Shown here one piece after another: positions 34,801 through 49,100 of a stretch of DNA of 64,000 nucleotides (the stretch's first letter is position 1; each line of letters opens with the position of its first letter). Location: positions 1,401,996-1,465,995 of the forward strand of contig JAUPSS010000007.1 in the NCBI GenBank assembly GCA_040285825.1. Direction: 5' to 3'. The DNA comes from Eukaryota sp. TZLM1-RC (lineage: Eukaryota > Protista > Metamonada: BaSk clade). The notes under the pieces were generated by a model, which was not told the origin of the DNA, searched no databases, and was given only the letters and a program-made list of their open reading frames with translations. The position numbers and the translations under genes are program-made.

Positions 34801-36597
34801 GAAAATTCTCAACAATTGAATGCCCAAAATTGTTCTAAATTTGAGTCAATAATTGATGAAAAGTCTGCTCTGTTGGCTGAAAAGGAACAAGAAAATGCTA
34901 AATTATTGGAAGAAATGCACGCAGTTTCTCGAGAAAAACAGGAATTTGCAGATAATTTATCTAAATTTGAAGCAATTATAAATGATTTGGAGCAAAAAAT
35001 TGGCGAAAAAGATGAAGAAATTGCAACTTTACAAGCTGAATCAGTAGAATTGGAAAATTCTCAACAATTGGATGCCCAACTTCTAAACCAATTGGATTTA
35101 TGCTTAAAAGAATTTCAAACCAAATTTTCAAACATTTCCAGTATTCAAGACGACAACAATTCTTTTTCTTCCAAAATTCGTGCACTGATCTCTTTAGCTG
35201 AAAATTTCAACTCATCAATGTTGGCAAATTCGGAATATATTTCCAAATTGGAAGTTCAAATTAGTACTCTTGATACTGAATTGTCTGAAAACGAACACAA
35301 AATAGAAGATTTGCAGTCCCAACTTTCCGAAACATCTAGAATTAATTCCAAGTTAAATCATTCTATTAATGAAAAAGCTGAAGAAATCGAACAATTAAGA
35401 CACGAATATGAATCACTTTTAGATAAAGAGAGAGCTCGAAACCACTCTTTAAGGGAGCGAATTACCACATTAACCGCCACAAAAGAAAGCCTAGCCTCAA
35501 GTAATGAGGACAATGTGTCAGAGCAGAAGAAGCTTCGTTTTGAAGTTGTTAGACTTACCTCCTCTATTTCAGAACTCTATTCTAAAGTTATTCAACTGGA
35601 ACGATCGAATAATTCTCTTACGCAACTCCTCACCGAAGAACGAAATAACAACCAATCATTAGTGAATCGTATTGACTCTCTCAAGACTTCAAAAGACCGC
35701 ATTCTTGCTTATTGCGAAGAGTGCACAGTTGATGTTGAGAACAAGACAATGACCATTGAGGATCTGAGAGGTCGTATATCATCATTAGAAGATCAGCTCA
35801 AACGAAATGCTAAATTTGAACCAAAGTACAATGAACTTGAGCAAGAATATCATAATGTTTTTGTTAAACTTGAATCAACCACTTCACACGTTAAAATTCT
35901 TTCCTCCCAAATAATGGATTTGAAATCCCAGGTGCAAGCATTGGAGGCGTTGCGTGGGGAGAGTGAAGCTACGATAGCAGTGTTAAGAAGACGTTTGGAA
36001 GGCTCAAAGGAAGAATTGCAATCAAAGGAAGATTTGATTGGTGATTTAAGAGACCAACTTTCACAGTTACGAGGTTCTCTTCGTTCTGTCAATAGCTCCT
36101 CCTCATCTCCTCAAGAATTCTCTAGCCCGTTGGTTCTTGAGCTCCGTTCAGCACGGCAACGGATTTCAGAACTTGAAAGTGCAGTGAAAACGGCAAATCA
36201 TTCTCCTTTACAGTTGTCACCTTCGGGAAATTTTGAGTATTTGAACAGTGAAAGGCTCAGTAGATCATCTCCACGTCATAGGTTTACTCCATCGTCAAAT
36301 GATTCTGACGTCGCACAACTTCAATCGAGGGTGCGAGAATTACAACGAACAAATCTCTCCTTGGAAAAAGCGACTCGCACCCCCAATCGCACGCCAGGTA
36401 ATCCATCATTTTACCCCAAAGAAATGTCATCACCGTCAGTTTTCCATTCACCTTCATTAATTTTGCCAAAACCTCATCCAATACCACTATCAGAGAAGAG
36501 TTCTTCGTCCCAGAGACGTGACCAGACTGTTTTCTATGATATTGTTAATAAATTAAAAGAAGAAAAAATGAAGGAACTTGAAGATAATTTTCCTTAG
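28877..36597 (+). CDS. CNTRL: Centriolin-like (SDS22-type LRR + LRRcap + giant coiled coil), ~2,570 aa; frameshifts probably sequencing errors
   Basis: The N-terminus RYLTQDVI..HIENL..IPPQIRQLQSLRELRLNGNPITAIQDISNLAP..LPHYRPFCIYAIPSLSHLD..ERSQARTRF resembles centriolin. Frame breaks are single-base indels, mostly in A runs, and differ between otherwise identical repeats. Confidence 0.75.
29948..32670 (+). repeat. Coding tandem repeat, 687-bp (229-aa) unit x~4
   Basis: The MDDLYLS start recurs at 30315, 31002, 31689 and ~32378. Confidence 0.92.
32671..35075 (+). repeat. Coding tandem repeat, 252-bp (84-aa, 12-heptad) unit x~9.5
   Basis: caggaatttgcagat recurs at 33176, 33428, 33680, 33932 and onward. 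Confidence 0.92.
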
Positions 36598-37010
36598 TTT
36601 AGTTGAATCAGATTTTTTTGATTGTGTTTGTGCATTTATTCAATAGTTTTTCTTAAAATGTAGTTAATTTATTTATTCAAAAAACTGGATAAAATTTTGT
36701 ATTTTTCTTTTCTTCTTTCACAGTAAAGATGGTAAAATTGCAACAACATTTTGTGTGTTTGTTTATTTTTCAAACGAAACTCTTCAATCAAAACAGTTTC
36801 AGCGATTTTATCAATGATTTCCATAACGCATCCTTCAATAAGAGCATTCAGATTAAATACTTTTATCTAAACTGATTTCAACAAATTTTTTCATGATTGT
36901 TAGTATAAAAAAATGATATCCTGCACATCTCTTGAGACGAAATTTATTGCTGATACATTAAAGAAAAATGTTTCTTTAAAAATTAAAAATTGATTTCTAC
37001 ATAAGATTAA

Positions 37011-38319
37011 GACCTTTGGCTCAAAAGTTTAATGAGTTACGTGCAAAAGTTCTGTCTCAATTACTGGGATGTAAAATGTTTCAAATTCCAGATCATGCTT
37101 ACCTTAGTCCACATTATGGTGGTTTAGGGTGGACGAAGGCTTCTATTCTTACCTCGTGTGCTTTTGTTGGTGGATGCAGAAATGCAATCTTTGAGTTTTC
37201 CGAAAGATTTGCAGATTGGGAAGATTTATTGATGACAACGCAAAGTTCCACTGTTTTTGCATTAAATGAAGAAATTTCAAGAATTGATGTAGAAAAATGG
37301 GGTCGATGTTTTCCCCAATCATTCAATGGCAATATTCCAGAAAAAAATGTTTTAAATTTGAAGTACACTCTTCGAACATTACAGAAAAGATTGACTGGAA
37401 TGTATGAAAAAGATCTTTATAATAATATTTGCAGCTCGGCTGTTTTAAATCAAGATCTTCACTCATTGTTATTGGAAAAGGGTGTTTGTGAAAACAAGTC
37501 GTCAGATTCTTCACTTTTTGTAACCATTGTACCACAAAGATTTGGATTGTGTGCCACTAATGAAGCATTTGTAACAAAAATGAGATTATATTTGAACATC
37601 CCCATTAACCAATTATTATCAACAGAAAAATGTATTTGTTCGAATTCACCTCAACTCACTTTGCGCCATGCTCTGAATTGCTCTAAATTGATAACTTATC
37701 GTTCTTCATTACATGATGCTGTTAGAGACACTGTTTTCAATATGGCACAAACTGCAAGGATATCGTGTATCAAAGAGCCCCTGCTGAAGGAAACACTTTC
37801 TCTGAATAATTTTGGTTCTGATGATAGAGGCGATGTATACTGTGATTAGATTGATAATTCTGAAGCTATTGTTGACTTTGTCTCATTTAATGTAGCAAAT
37901 GATACTTTGGTTCACAGAAGAAAACTTAATCCTGTGGCTGCTCTGGATTTTAAAGCAAAAGAGAAACATGGAAAACATGATAAAGATATTGAAGAGGCTA
38001 ATGTCGATAGAAATACACAGCTGGTTTTTATTGCTTTCCCATTTTCGATAAATGGAAGATTATCAGTTGAAGCAGAAACTTTTTTGAATGACTTCCAAAA
38101 AATGGTGCAAGAAAAAACAATGAAAAGATTTGATATTTTTTTATGGCGTTCACGGATTCAATTTGCCATTATTAATAGATTACCTCGGTTTTTCAATCGA
38201 ATTAGAGAAGTTTTAGCTAGACAGCAAGCAGATCAAGATTTTGTAGAGGAAATCTTGGTTCAATGATAGTCGTCCCATTAGTTATGAGTTAATTTAATTA
38301 AGTGTGCAAATTCAATAAA
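37011..38319 (+). mobile_element. CRE-C, 5'-truncated, with 13-bp TSD
   Basis: GGLGW, RLE CIC..HALNC, LHDAVRD, RGD and PFSINGRL. TSD TACATAAGATTAA at 36998-37010 and 38320-38332. Confidence 0.92.
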
Positions 38320-38730
38320 TACATAAGATTAAATAATTATTCATCAATAATTTTAATCCATAATATAGTGATCAATCTTGTGACGTTTTTCAATTCATTC
38401 TCAGTGTACTTTATTTGGAGGTTTGGTGTTTGCAATCCAATGATTGTTTCAGGTTCAATTTCCCAAAAACTATCATGATTTGTTGTTTTATTTTTTAAAT
38501 AGTTATCTTTTTTTCTGCTGTTTCAATTTTTAATAACTGCAATTTTTTCGTAATTCTCCATTTGTTTGTTCAGTCTTTGTTAGTTTTGGAAATGGTTTTA
38601 GTACAACCATTTGGACAAATTTTATTGTTTTTTATTATTCCAATTTTAATCCTGAAAGAATTGAACATGATAAAACAAAAGTGTTAAACCAATCACAAAA
38701 GATTATTTAATCTTTAACGCTTATCAATTA

Positions 38731-39787
38731 TATTTATTGAACATGCACACTTAATTAAATTAATTCATAACTAATGGGGACGACTATCATTGAACCAAGA
38801 TTTCCTCTACAAAATCTTGATCTGCTTGCTGTCTAGCTAAAGCTTCTCTTATTCGATTGAAAAACCAAGGTAATCTATTAAAGATAGCAAATTGAATCCG
38901 AGAACGCCATAAACATATATCAAATCTTTTCATTGTCTTTTCTTGCACCATTTTTTGGAAGTCATTCAACAAAGTTTCTGCTTCATCTGATAATCTTCCA
39001 TTTATTGAAAATGGGAAAGCAATAAAAACTAGCTGTGTATTTCTACCAGCATTTGCTTCTTCAATATCGTTATCATATTTTCTATGTTTTTCCTTTGCTT
39101 TAAAATCAAGAGCACTCACAGGATTAAGTTTTCTTCTGTGAACCAAAGTATCATTTGCAACATTACATGAGACAAAGTCAACAATAACTTCAGAATTATC
39201 AATCCAATCACAGTATACAACACCTCTATCATCAGAACCAAAATTATTCAGAGAAAGTGTTTCCTTCAGCAGAGGCTCTTTCAAACACGATATTCTTGCA
39301 GTTTGTGCCATATGGAAAACAGTGTCTCTAAGAGCATCATGTAATGAAGAACGATAAGTTATCAATTTTGAGCAATTCAGAGCATGGCGCAAAGTGAGTT
39401 GAGGTGAATTTCGAACAAATACATTTTTCTTTTGATAATAATTGATTAACGGGGATATTCAAATATAATCTCATTTTTGCTACAATTGCTTCATTAGTGG
39501 CACACAATCCAAATCTTCGTGGTACAATGGTTACAAAAAGTGAAGAATCTGATGACTTATTTTCACAAACATTCTTTTCCAATAACAATGAGTGAAGATC
39601 TTGATTTAAAACAGCCGAGCTGCATATATCATTATAAGGATCATTTTCATGCATTCCTGTCAATCGTTTCTGTAATGTTCGAAGAGTGTATTTTAAATTC
39701 AAAAGATTCTTTTCTGGACTATTGCCATTGAATGATTGGGGAAAGCATCGACTCCATTTTTCTACATCAATTTTGGAAATTTCATTC
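38731..39787 (-). mobile_element. CRE-C, 5'-truncated
   Basis: Same RLE ORF ending ..FVEEILVQ* and the 3' UTR tagtcgtcccattag..AATAAA. Confidence 0.9.
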
Positions 39788-39789
39788 TA

Positions 39790-41040
39790 GTATAATCTCT
39801 ATCTTGTCGCAAACGCTTCATAATAACGTGCCTCATAAATTGATTTGTAAGTGTGGATCAAAATTTTTCCAAATCATATATTCGATTGCAAACATTTAAA
39901 AACTTCTCGATCAAAAGTTCATGATGCAGTAAGAGATCAACTCTACTGTGTGTCAAAATTGTAAGTCATTGTTTTTTATTGATCACCGTTGCTTTCCCGT
40001 ATGGTTGCTGCAGATACTTCAATTCCTTTGATCGAACTGAAGGTCTTTAGTGCTTGAAGGTCTTGAAGGTACTACCATTATTGCGAGAAATCAAATCAAA
40101 TTTTCCTGAACTTGAAACCTTTGTTTATAGGTTTTATGGTAATTCATATATTTATTGATGATTTTGATAACCTTGTAAAAAGAAGAATGAATAAGCGTTT
40201 TGATTGTCGCTTGTGGCTAAATCGTATTGTTTTTACCATTTTCAAATCAATTCCTAAAATGATTTCGAAAGCTTTAATGTCTGTCAGTGCACATTACGAA
40301 GACATTGCTGCTGTAAGGTTTAATGGTGTGGAAGCTTGTTTGGATGATATTGACTTTTAGACTGTGGTTTTGAAAATAAATTAAAATTAAAAGAAAAATA
40401 ACTTTTTGCAGATGCGAGACCCACTGATGTCTGTTATGATTCTTGTATTCCAATAGCTCTAGTATTTCTGAACGAAAACCTACAGTCTCTTCTTATTGAC
40501 AGATTTTGGTAATAAAGACAAAGAATTTTAACCTTGTCGTATCCTTTGGTTTTTATTGTAATTAATACAAAAAAGTTTCTAGAAAAAACTTCCAAACAAT
40601 TGTTTGAAGAGTTGAACTCAATTGCCTAAAAACTTAACCGAATGATGCTTTGAGATTTTCTGAAACATATCCAATTAACTATTGTAGGACTGCGTTTTAG
40701 TTCCAACTTCAATCATATATTTCGATCTACAAATCCTCTAATCACTAGGCAATTGACTTAGATGTTTGATGAATCACGTACAAAAGTTTTGTCACAATTA
40801 CTGTGATGTAGAATGTTCCAAATTCCAAACCATGCTTATCTTAGTCCACATAATGGCGGTTTAGGTTGGAAAGAGGCTTTTGTTGTTACTTGGTGTGCTT
40901 TTATTGGTGGATGCAGAAATGTAATCATTGAGTTTTCCGAAAGATTTGCAGATTGGGAAGATTTATTGATGACAACGCAATGTTCCACTGTTTTTGCATT
41001 AGAAGCAGAAATTCAAATTTTGATGCAGAAAAAGTGAGTT
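39790..41040 (+). mobile_element. Mosaic of degenerate CRE fragments (B, an A-like family, C)
   Basis: VHDAVRDQLY (B), LWLNRIVFTIFK..CLDDIDF (A-like) and HAYLSPHNGGLGW (C). Confidence 0.75.
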
Positions 41041-41830
41041 GATGCATTCCCCAATATATGAATATAATATTGGCAGTAACAGAAAAAATTCTTTCATCTA
41101 TGAACCACCTTGCCATTTACTTCCACCCTTGTAGTTCTTTCAATACATCGAAAGGAGTCATGTCTATTCTTTTTCACTGAAAATCGATACGCAGAATTCT
41201 ACACGTGAAAGAAGCTCTTACAATGCATCGAAATTGGCTTTCTGACACCATTGCCAATGTCTCTCTTTTTCTATGCAAGAACCGATGAACCATCATGAAC
41301 CAATTCAATTGTACACAGCCTTGGTTTAAACAAAACAAAAAACTGAATAAATCGATTTTCATTATCGCCAAGTGTTAGTCTTTACACTATTCTAGAGTGT
41401 AGATAGACTTATCTATTTATTCTTGTATGCTAGCTTAATGTTCATAGTTTATTCATGGAGACCTCACTTGTGATGGTATTGAAATTCACTATAGCTCATT
41501 TCTCGTCATAATAAATTACTCTCTGGCTATACATATGTCTGACCCTAGCCCACAGGCATCACAAGGCTAGATACTTTGCAACTGTCGAATTAAACTATAT
41601 GAAGAAAAGTCAGCAATTGCTTCACAGCCGTGTCTTGAATCTTCTGGAAACATACTCAGTATATACCATAAATCAACTCAATAAAATACCAAAAACTACA
41701 ATCAATCTGGAACCTCTTGATTTCTACAACTGCACATCATGAATCAACTGCCATATCCATAGCTTCAGAACAAGGCTTAGTTCTGATTTAAAAACAAGCT
41801 TTAGAAATTGTGTTGCCATTGAGATAATGT
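40900..41830 (+). repeat. Copy of the mosaic segment 11865-12890
   Basis: Same ordered blocks as the 11.9-12.9 kb segment. Confidence 0.85.
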
Positions 41831-43049
41831 CAATCAAATATTTGATTGTTTTGATCTACATTTTGTCAAGAAAAAGTCAGAAATATTGGAACAAACGCCG
41901 ATAAAATCAGAGTTCGCTCATGAAATCTCAATCGACTTGTTTTTCTGACAGTGCGTCTTTCATTTGATGGACAACAGTATCTTCAAAATGTTTGAACATC
42001 AATAAGGATTAAGGTGATTTTCTTGAAACAACGTGCCAAAGTCAACACGTTAAATATGAATCATTTATTAGGTAACACAAACAGAAAATCAACTTTAAGG
42101 TGTTAAAACTAACAATGAACCAATATCAAAAATGTATCGATGTTTTGGTCTTTTTCATTCAAATATTGAAATCGCAAATGAAGCTTCCATCTGATCAAAC
42201 AATTTCATGTTGCATAGCTGTAACAAATCGATAACATGTCCAAATGCAATTGTAGAACTTTTGTCTTGCATTTTTGCTTCAACGTTTTTTTGGATTACAT
42301 AAGAATAAATGGTTTTATTTTTTGCAAAGGTTTGAGATTTGAAATCAATCGAAAAAACGAAACAGTCGAATTTTGGTTTCTTGAACAACTTATTTTTTCC
42401 ACAATACTCAAGAGAAAAATGAATTAGCGTTAATGTAGCGCGGTTCACTTTGCGTCATGCATTGAATTTTTCAACATCGATATTCCATTGTCGTTCATAA
42501 CATGATGCTGTTAGAGACAATTTTTCGGTATTGCACAACGTACAACAATGTCGTGTATCACAGGGCCTCTATTTCTTACAAAATTTTGGGGTTTATTGAT
42601 TTAAGAACATGTCAACAAGAAATACAACAATCAAACTGTAGATCAACAAACGGTGTATCCACCCTCCTTCAAAACAGTTAAATGCCAAGGATTCAAGAAA
42701 TTGTCCAAATTACAATCGTGACTGAGAAAAGAAATTCACCATCCAATAAAAAATGGAAACTGTCATCATGTTTGGCTAGTAAACGTGACTGAGAATTTTT
42801 CCAGTTCTTTTGTTTACAACTACATCTGAATCTTCAAGGGAAAGCATCTTTGTGTTGTATCGGGTACTGTCAACAAAATATAGACTTCACTAGTGACAGC
42901 CTCTGTAAAAACCAGTGAATTTATTAAGATGTGTCCAGGTGTTCCATCTGTGTTTTAAAAAGATATAAATATTATTCTAATCATAAAGAAATTATTGCCA
43001 ATCAATATGAACTAAAACAGTACTAAAGATATGGCAACAACAAGCCTTC

Positions 43050-43198
43050 TGATGGTCTTCGCTGGTTAGTATCAGACATAACTGTATAAAAGTAAGGAGA
43101 TTTATCACGAAAAGGAATTGCATTCTCTCTTCTTAAACTAATAGGCGGAATACTAATAAACTATATAAATATACTATAAATACTATTCAAGACTAACA
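43050..43198 (-). repeat. Gypsy-2 3' LTR (149 bp)
   Basis: TGTTAG...CCATCA; 8 substitutions relative to 50082-50230. Confidence 0.93.
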
Positions 43199-46100
43199 CT
43201 GCCTTCTCCTCTCTTTCGAGCGACGAGCCCTGGAAGGTCTAGTCACAGGAGGTGAACCATTGGAATTGGTACGCTTCTTGGGAGGAGCGGATTTAGTACG
43301 GCGACGTGCTTTTGAAGTCTTGATAAAGTCTTTATACGCGGCAGTATTTTGGACTGTAGACGCGTGTTCAGTGGTAAACGAATTGGATACGATTTCAGTA
43401 ATTAGGAAAGGTCCTAAATAATCTCCATGTAGCTTAACGGAGGACCTGGAAGCTCGTAATACCAATTGACCAACTTCAAAAGAATTTGGAGTTGTGGATC
43501 TAGTTAGCTTGGAAGCTTGATGGTGTGCTGCCCTTTCCTGTTTTTCTTTCAACCTTCGAAATTTAGATTGAATTTCTTGAATAAAAGATTACTCAGACGT
43601 CGAGCTTTCAATGATTTCAAGAATTTTGCCAGGGTCTGATCTAGGAGACACATCTGAGCCAAAGATCACTTACTTGGTATGGAGTGTGGTTAGTTATTGA
43701 GCTCTTGGAAGAGTTGATCAATAATTGCACATAAGGCAAGTATTCAGACCACACATCGTAGGCGTTGAAGTCTACGAGCAATTTCCGTAGGTTTTGCAGA
43801 ATGTCTCTGTGTCGGCGCTCTACCAGGCCGTTGGACTGAGAAAACCTCGGTATTGACTTTGACACCTCTATGCTTAAAAATTTGCTTAGTTCGTCAAAGA
43901 CAGCTTTGGAAAATTCGGGTATATTATCGCTGTGGATTTGAAATGGAATACCAAAGATGGCACAGACTTTCCAAATTAATGCATCTGCAGTAAGATTGGC
44001 ATTTATCTCTTTGAAAGGCACGATGATCGTGAATCTAGAGAAGCTGTCAATAAATACGAGGATGTATTTGTAGCCTTCTTGATCTGCTGGGAGAGGACCA
44101 ATAATGTCGGTTTTGACGCGAGCAGAAGGTCTGTCGGCCTACAATGAACCGGTTGGGGGAACATGCAGTTTGGGAACTGGCTTTGTTTTCTGACAGGAGG
44201 GCATTCTTGGACGTACTTATTCATGTCGGTAAGCATGTTTGGCCACCAATAATCGCTATTTCTGAGCTTGTTCAGGCTTTCAGCTCTGCTTGGATGGCCT
44301 CCTTGCAGAAGTCCATGCAACAAGTTAAGGGTGTCCTTAATGAGTGATTTGGGAATCACTATCTTGTTGTCGTGAGTTATATATAAATCAAGATGATTGT
44401 TATGAACACAGTTGTTGAAAGAGGGGTCATTGGAAGCTATAGCAAGCTTCTGTTCGGACCTAATCCTAGAGAGCCATGGCTCGAAAATAGGCAGGTCGTT
44501 GGAACATCGTTCTCTGATGACCATGATACGTTTGAAGTTGTTTAAGTCTTCGATGTAGTATCTTTCATTTTCTGTTCCATCAATTTTATCGATGTAAAAT
44601 ATTGGATGAAAATTTGGAGACATTTGATGGGACAAATGATTGATCTCTTGATGGTCTATAGGCGGAACTATTCGAGACAACATATCAGCCCAGAAGTTAT
44701 CTTCGCCTTTGGTATGTACCAAATCGAAGCAGAATTCGGAGAATATGGGTAACCATCTGGTTACAATTTTGTTCTTCTCAGGAGCCGTGAACATGTAGGT
44801 AAGGTTTTGATGGTCTGTGAATATGACCAGTTTCCTTCCTTTCAAGTAGTTTTCAAAACCACTTTGAGTTAACATGAGCAGGATGGCATAGAGTTCCTTT
44901 TGGTTTGTCGGCCAGTTCTTTTGCAAGTTGGTTAACAACCGGCTGAAGAAGCTGAATGACCTACATTTGCTGTTGATCGGGGAGAGGGGGGGGGAGGTAC
45001 CGGGGTAGTCGACTCGTTCGAATTGTTCCCATATGACGCCGCCTACAGCTATGTCGGATGCATCGCAACTAATTGAAATTTGGTTTTCCAGAGGAGGTAA
45101 GCTGAGCGGCATGTGCTTCGCTATCAGTTGTTTGATCTTTTAGAGGAGTCCGTCGTGCATGTCGGTCCATTGTAGGCGTTGCGCGCGGGGCTTGGATTTA
45201 ACGTTGGAGTTGTTTCCATCATTCTTAGTCAATTTGATGATAGGAGCGATGAGCTCAGATACCTGAGGAATCCATTCTCTAATGAAGTTGACTGATCCTA
45301 CGAGGCTGCGGATGTCTTTGATTGTCTTTGGTCTAGGTAGATTCAACAAAGATTCAACGCGAGTGGGATCGATAGTCCGTTGTTTGTTTTGAAAACATTG
45401 CCCAGTATCTTGATTGGGTGTCTGGAAGACACGAAATGGCACTTTGGAAGTCCCAAGGAAACTCTTTTGCATCTGGCTTGATCAAGGACGCGACGGAGGC
45501 GTTCAATGAATTCGTCAAAGGTTGAACCTATGATTATGATGTCATCTATGTAAATGAAGACACCGTCTCCAGAGAAAATGTCAGCCATGACGTTTTGGAA
45601 AACGGCTGGGACATTCTTTAGGCCAAAAGCTGCACGTTCGAACATGATACTTTTGCCGGGAATGCTCAGGGCTGTTCTGCCAGTCCTTTTCAGCAATCTT
45701 GAGTTGCCAAGAGGCTTTGGGGAGGTCAAAGATGCCTATGTAGTTCGCTTGGGAGAGAAATACCAGCACATCGGAGATCCTTGGAAGGTTGGGCTCAACA
45801 GGAATGGTGTTGGCGTTGACTCCGTCCTTGCCACTATAATCACCGGTAAGGCGGGGCTTACGGTGATTTGGGTAGACCACTAGACAGACAGGGGAGCTGA
45901 ACTCATGGTTCGATGGAACAGCAAATCCTGAGTCTACAAGATCGTCGAAAATTTGGTTAGCGACCTCTAGCCTGACTGGATTCAGGGTCCTGGGGGGTCT
46001 TCTAACTCTGACGTCTTCATTGTAGAAGTTGATTTCCATGGGAGGGCAATCTATACCTTCAGCATGAGGCTTGAGGGTAAATACGTCTTCGAACTCTTTC

Positions 46101-49100
46101 AAAGTTTGAAGTAGGGACTTCTTGAAATGGTCGTTGTCGAGGTTGATGGTACAACCAGATGAGTTGATGTGTTCCAACCAACGTGTGGAAACGTTGACGA
46201 CTTCTGAAGCTTGTGATATTCGATGATCGAATTCGGCTTCAGGTAATAGTAATGTGCGACAGGCGTCGTCCATTCTAATGTAAATGCCCTTGTTGTTCAT
46301 CAGTCCAAGGTGACTCAACAAGTCAGCACAGATGAGAATGGCCTCATGTTCAGGAACGATGCTGAACTTGTGTTTCACATGTACAATCTGGGTAAGTCTA
46401 ATGCTAAGGGTTCCAGAAGCAGTACCAAGGGACTGTGAGGTAGTTCCATCAGCAATCTTGTAGGATATGGTTTCGCTGGAACGAGCCATGTTACAATTAC
46501 TGATGACGTCTTCCGTGACTACTGAGCATGTTGCGCCAGAGTCGATTATGCCTTTAACTTCGACATTGTTGATCGAAAAGTTTAATTGTAGGCAGTTGTG
46601 ATTCGTGGATTGCACCATAAAAATTGTATCAGAATCATGTCCATTCAAGTCGGCTTGTTCTGAGAAGAAGTTAGCCTGACTGTTGAGTATCTTGGTAGGT
46701 TCCAAGTTGGCCAGTGGATTGATTAGGGAATCTTTCCATGCTGAGCTTTCTGTGTGTATTTGTGTTGTTGTTGTAGGGGGTATGGTTACGAAAGTACATA
46801 AATAGTGACGGGAACGTTTATTGTAAGAAGAGCCTCTGCCTCTGCCGCGAGTGCCTCTTCGACTACGGAAACCAGAACCTCTAGAACTTCTACCTCGAGC
46901 TTGCTGTTGAGCTTGTTGCTCTCTCCACTTTTTGCTTCTTTGGCAGTCCTCACTAGGGCACCTTTCAGTCGGTTGACCCATTTGTTTACAGATTGCATTG
47001 AACATTGGACTCAGACTCAGTGGAAGACGGTTGAGTAGAGCTTCCTTCTTGCCGATGTTGTTTTGGGCGCCTGCCAGAGCTGGAACCTCTTGGTTTGGGG
47101 ATAGCAGGGAAGAAGGTACCGTCTGTCTGCGATGGTTTTCAGTCTGAAATGAGATTCTGTTCTGATACAAGAAGTCAACGTGATTAATCTGCTCCTTGAA
47201 AGATCTAGCATTACACAAATTTTCGTATTGTATTTGGAGAACACTGAAAAATTCTCCTAGGGTGTGGTCATCTGAGTAGTAATGGGAGGGATTGGACCAG
47301 ATCCTGAGGAGTCTGTCCCTGATGATGGTGATATCGATGCTTTCGATGACGTGAGAAGCAATTCCCATTCGGGAAGTCGGTCGACGGGGTTTTCGTGGAT
47401 GGTGATGTGTCTCATCTGTTGAGTCAGACCACGAACATCTTGGATAGCGGTGGAACGCGTTAAAATTCTACCTATGTTAAGCATGAAGTCTATCCATCTG
47501 TTACCATAATCTCTCTCAGACCAATCCATGTTTACAGCATGTAGTGCGTCCAGGGCTTGATCCAGTCTAGTAAATTGGGTTCTCCTTAGGATCTGTTCCC
47601 AAATGTTGCGTTCGTCTCTGCTGGTTGGGACCATGGTAGAGGAAATTGAAAGGCCAGTGCCTTGATACCTTAAAGCGTTGAGAGCTTCAGGTGTAACGCA
47701 TTCAGCTAAGTTTCTGGGACTAATGCACATGGCAGATCTGAAGAGATCCCATTCATGAATTGGTTTACTGTCGAACCGTTGATCAGATGCCAGTTCTGCT
47801 GATCTAGCTAGTTCAGGTTCTTCGCGAAGTCTAGCAACTTTGCTGGCCAAAGCAACTTGGGCAGGATCCTCAATGTTGCCTCGAGCCTCGTCTACAATTC
47901 TATCCGTACGACTCCAGAGGATAATCTTGTTAACAAACTTGAGGAGTTTATCAACGTCTTTTAAATCTGTCGTGTCGAGAGTTGGAATTTTGGGGCGGTC
48001 TCTGCGTCTATTGTCCCTATCTCTTGATTCCACCATGGACGATAGGAGAAGGTTACTATCGTAAGTACCTGAGAAAGTAAAACGTGAAGAACTAACCGTA
48101 GAAGGTGTTGGTTGAGCCGTGTGTTGTGAACTTGTTGAACCAGTGGAAGGAGGTGTGGGTGGAACCACTGATTGTTCCATAGGCTGTGCAGGTGCTGGAG
48201 TTTGTTCCATTGGTACAAGCACAGTTGGAATTGAGTCTGGAGTTGGGGACTCATCACTGACTTCTACTACAACATCCTCTTCAGTTTGTTCCATAAGAGG
48301 ATTATGCGAGGGTTGTGTTGAAAGTTCTGTAGAAGTTTCCATAGGTTGTACTGCGGAGGGTGGAACTTCGCTTTGGTGAGGTTCAGGAGAAGGTTCTGTT
48401 TCTTCAATCTGGGCTGGAACCTGATAAGAAGAGATCGCTGGTTGAACCAAGCGTGTTTTCTCTATACAACCTTCCACCATGGCCCATTGCAATATCCTGG
48501 ATTCTATACATCCCGGGAAAACAGTGACGAGCTGGAGGGCTCTTTGAAGATTACCAGATCTTCTGTGGTCAGGACCACAATATGAAGCTATATGGTCAGG
48601 ACGTCTGTCGTAAAGAAAGAGTCTTTCACCATATGTGGTTTCGGTTAACCACCACCCTGTTCTATAATCTCTGTCGATAAGGATATCGAGAGATGTGTTG
48701 TACCCAGGGCTGAACCTAGGGTAGGGGCAAGGGTTGTGAGCATTTATGAAGAGGTTATCTTCATCTCCAGCGAAGCGTCTGAATACTCCTTCTCGAGTAG
48801 TTCTCATGAACCTAACTCCGGGTGTGGGGTCGTGAGTGGGTTCAGGATCGTGTCTCGTGCTCTCTGGAGTAATTCTTTCGTCGGAGAGATATGGACCAAT
48901 CCTTGGAGTGATCCATAATCCTAGGTCATTTTCGACTCTAGGACCGAAAAAAGGACGACGCCCATTGCTCATTTCCGTGGGAGGGATGGTTTCGGGGTCT
49001 TCTGGAATTACTTGAGAATCCCTTTATCGGCCATAAGGATTGTGCTGACGGGAAGCACCACGATGAACACTTGAGCTAGCATAGGAGCTAGCTTGAGAAG

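Noticed and set aside
41373-41510. Solo LTR beginning TGTTAGTCTT
   Set aside because: It shares only 10 bp with the Gypsy-2 LTR start, and no matching CA end with TSD was found.
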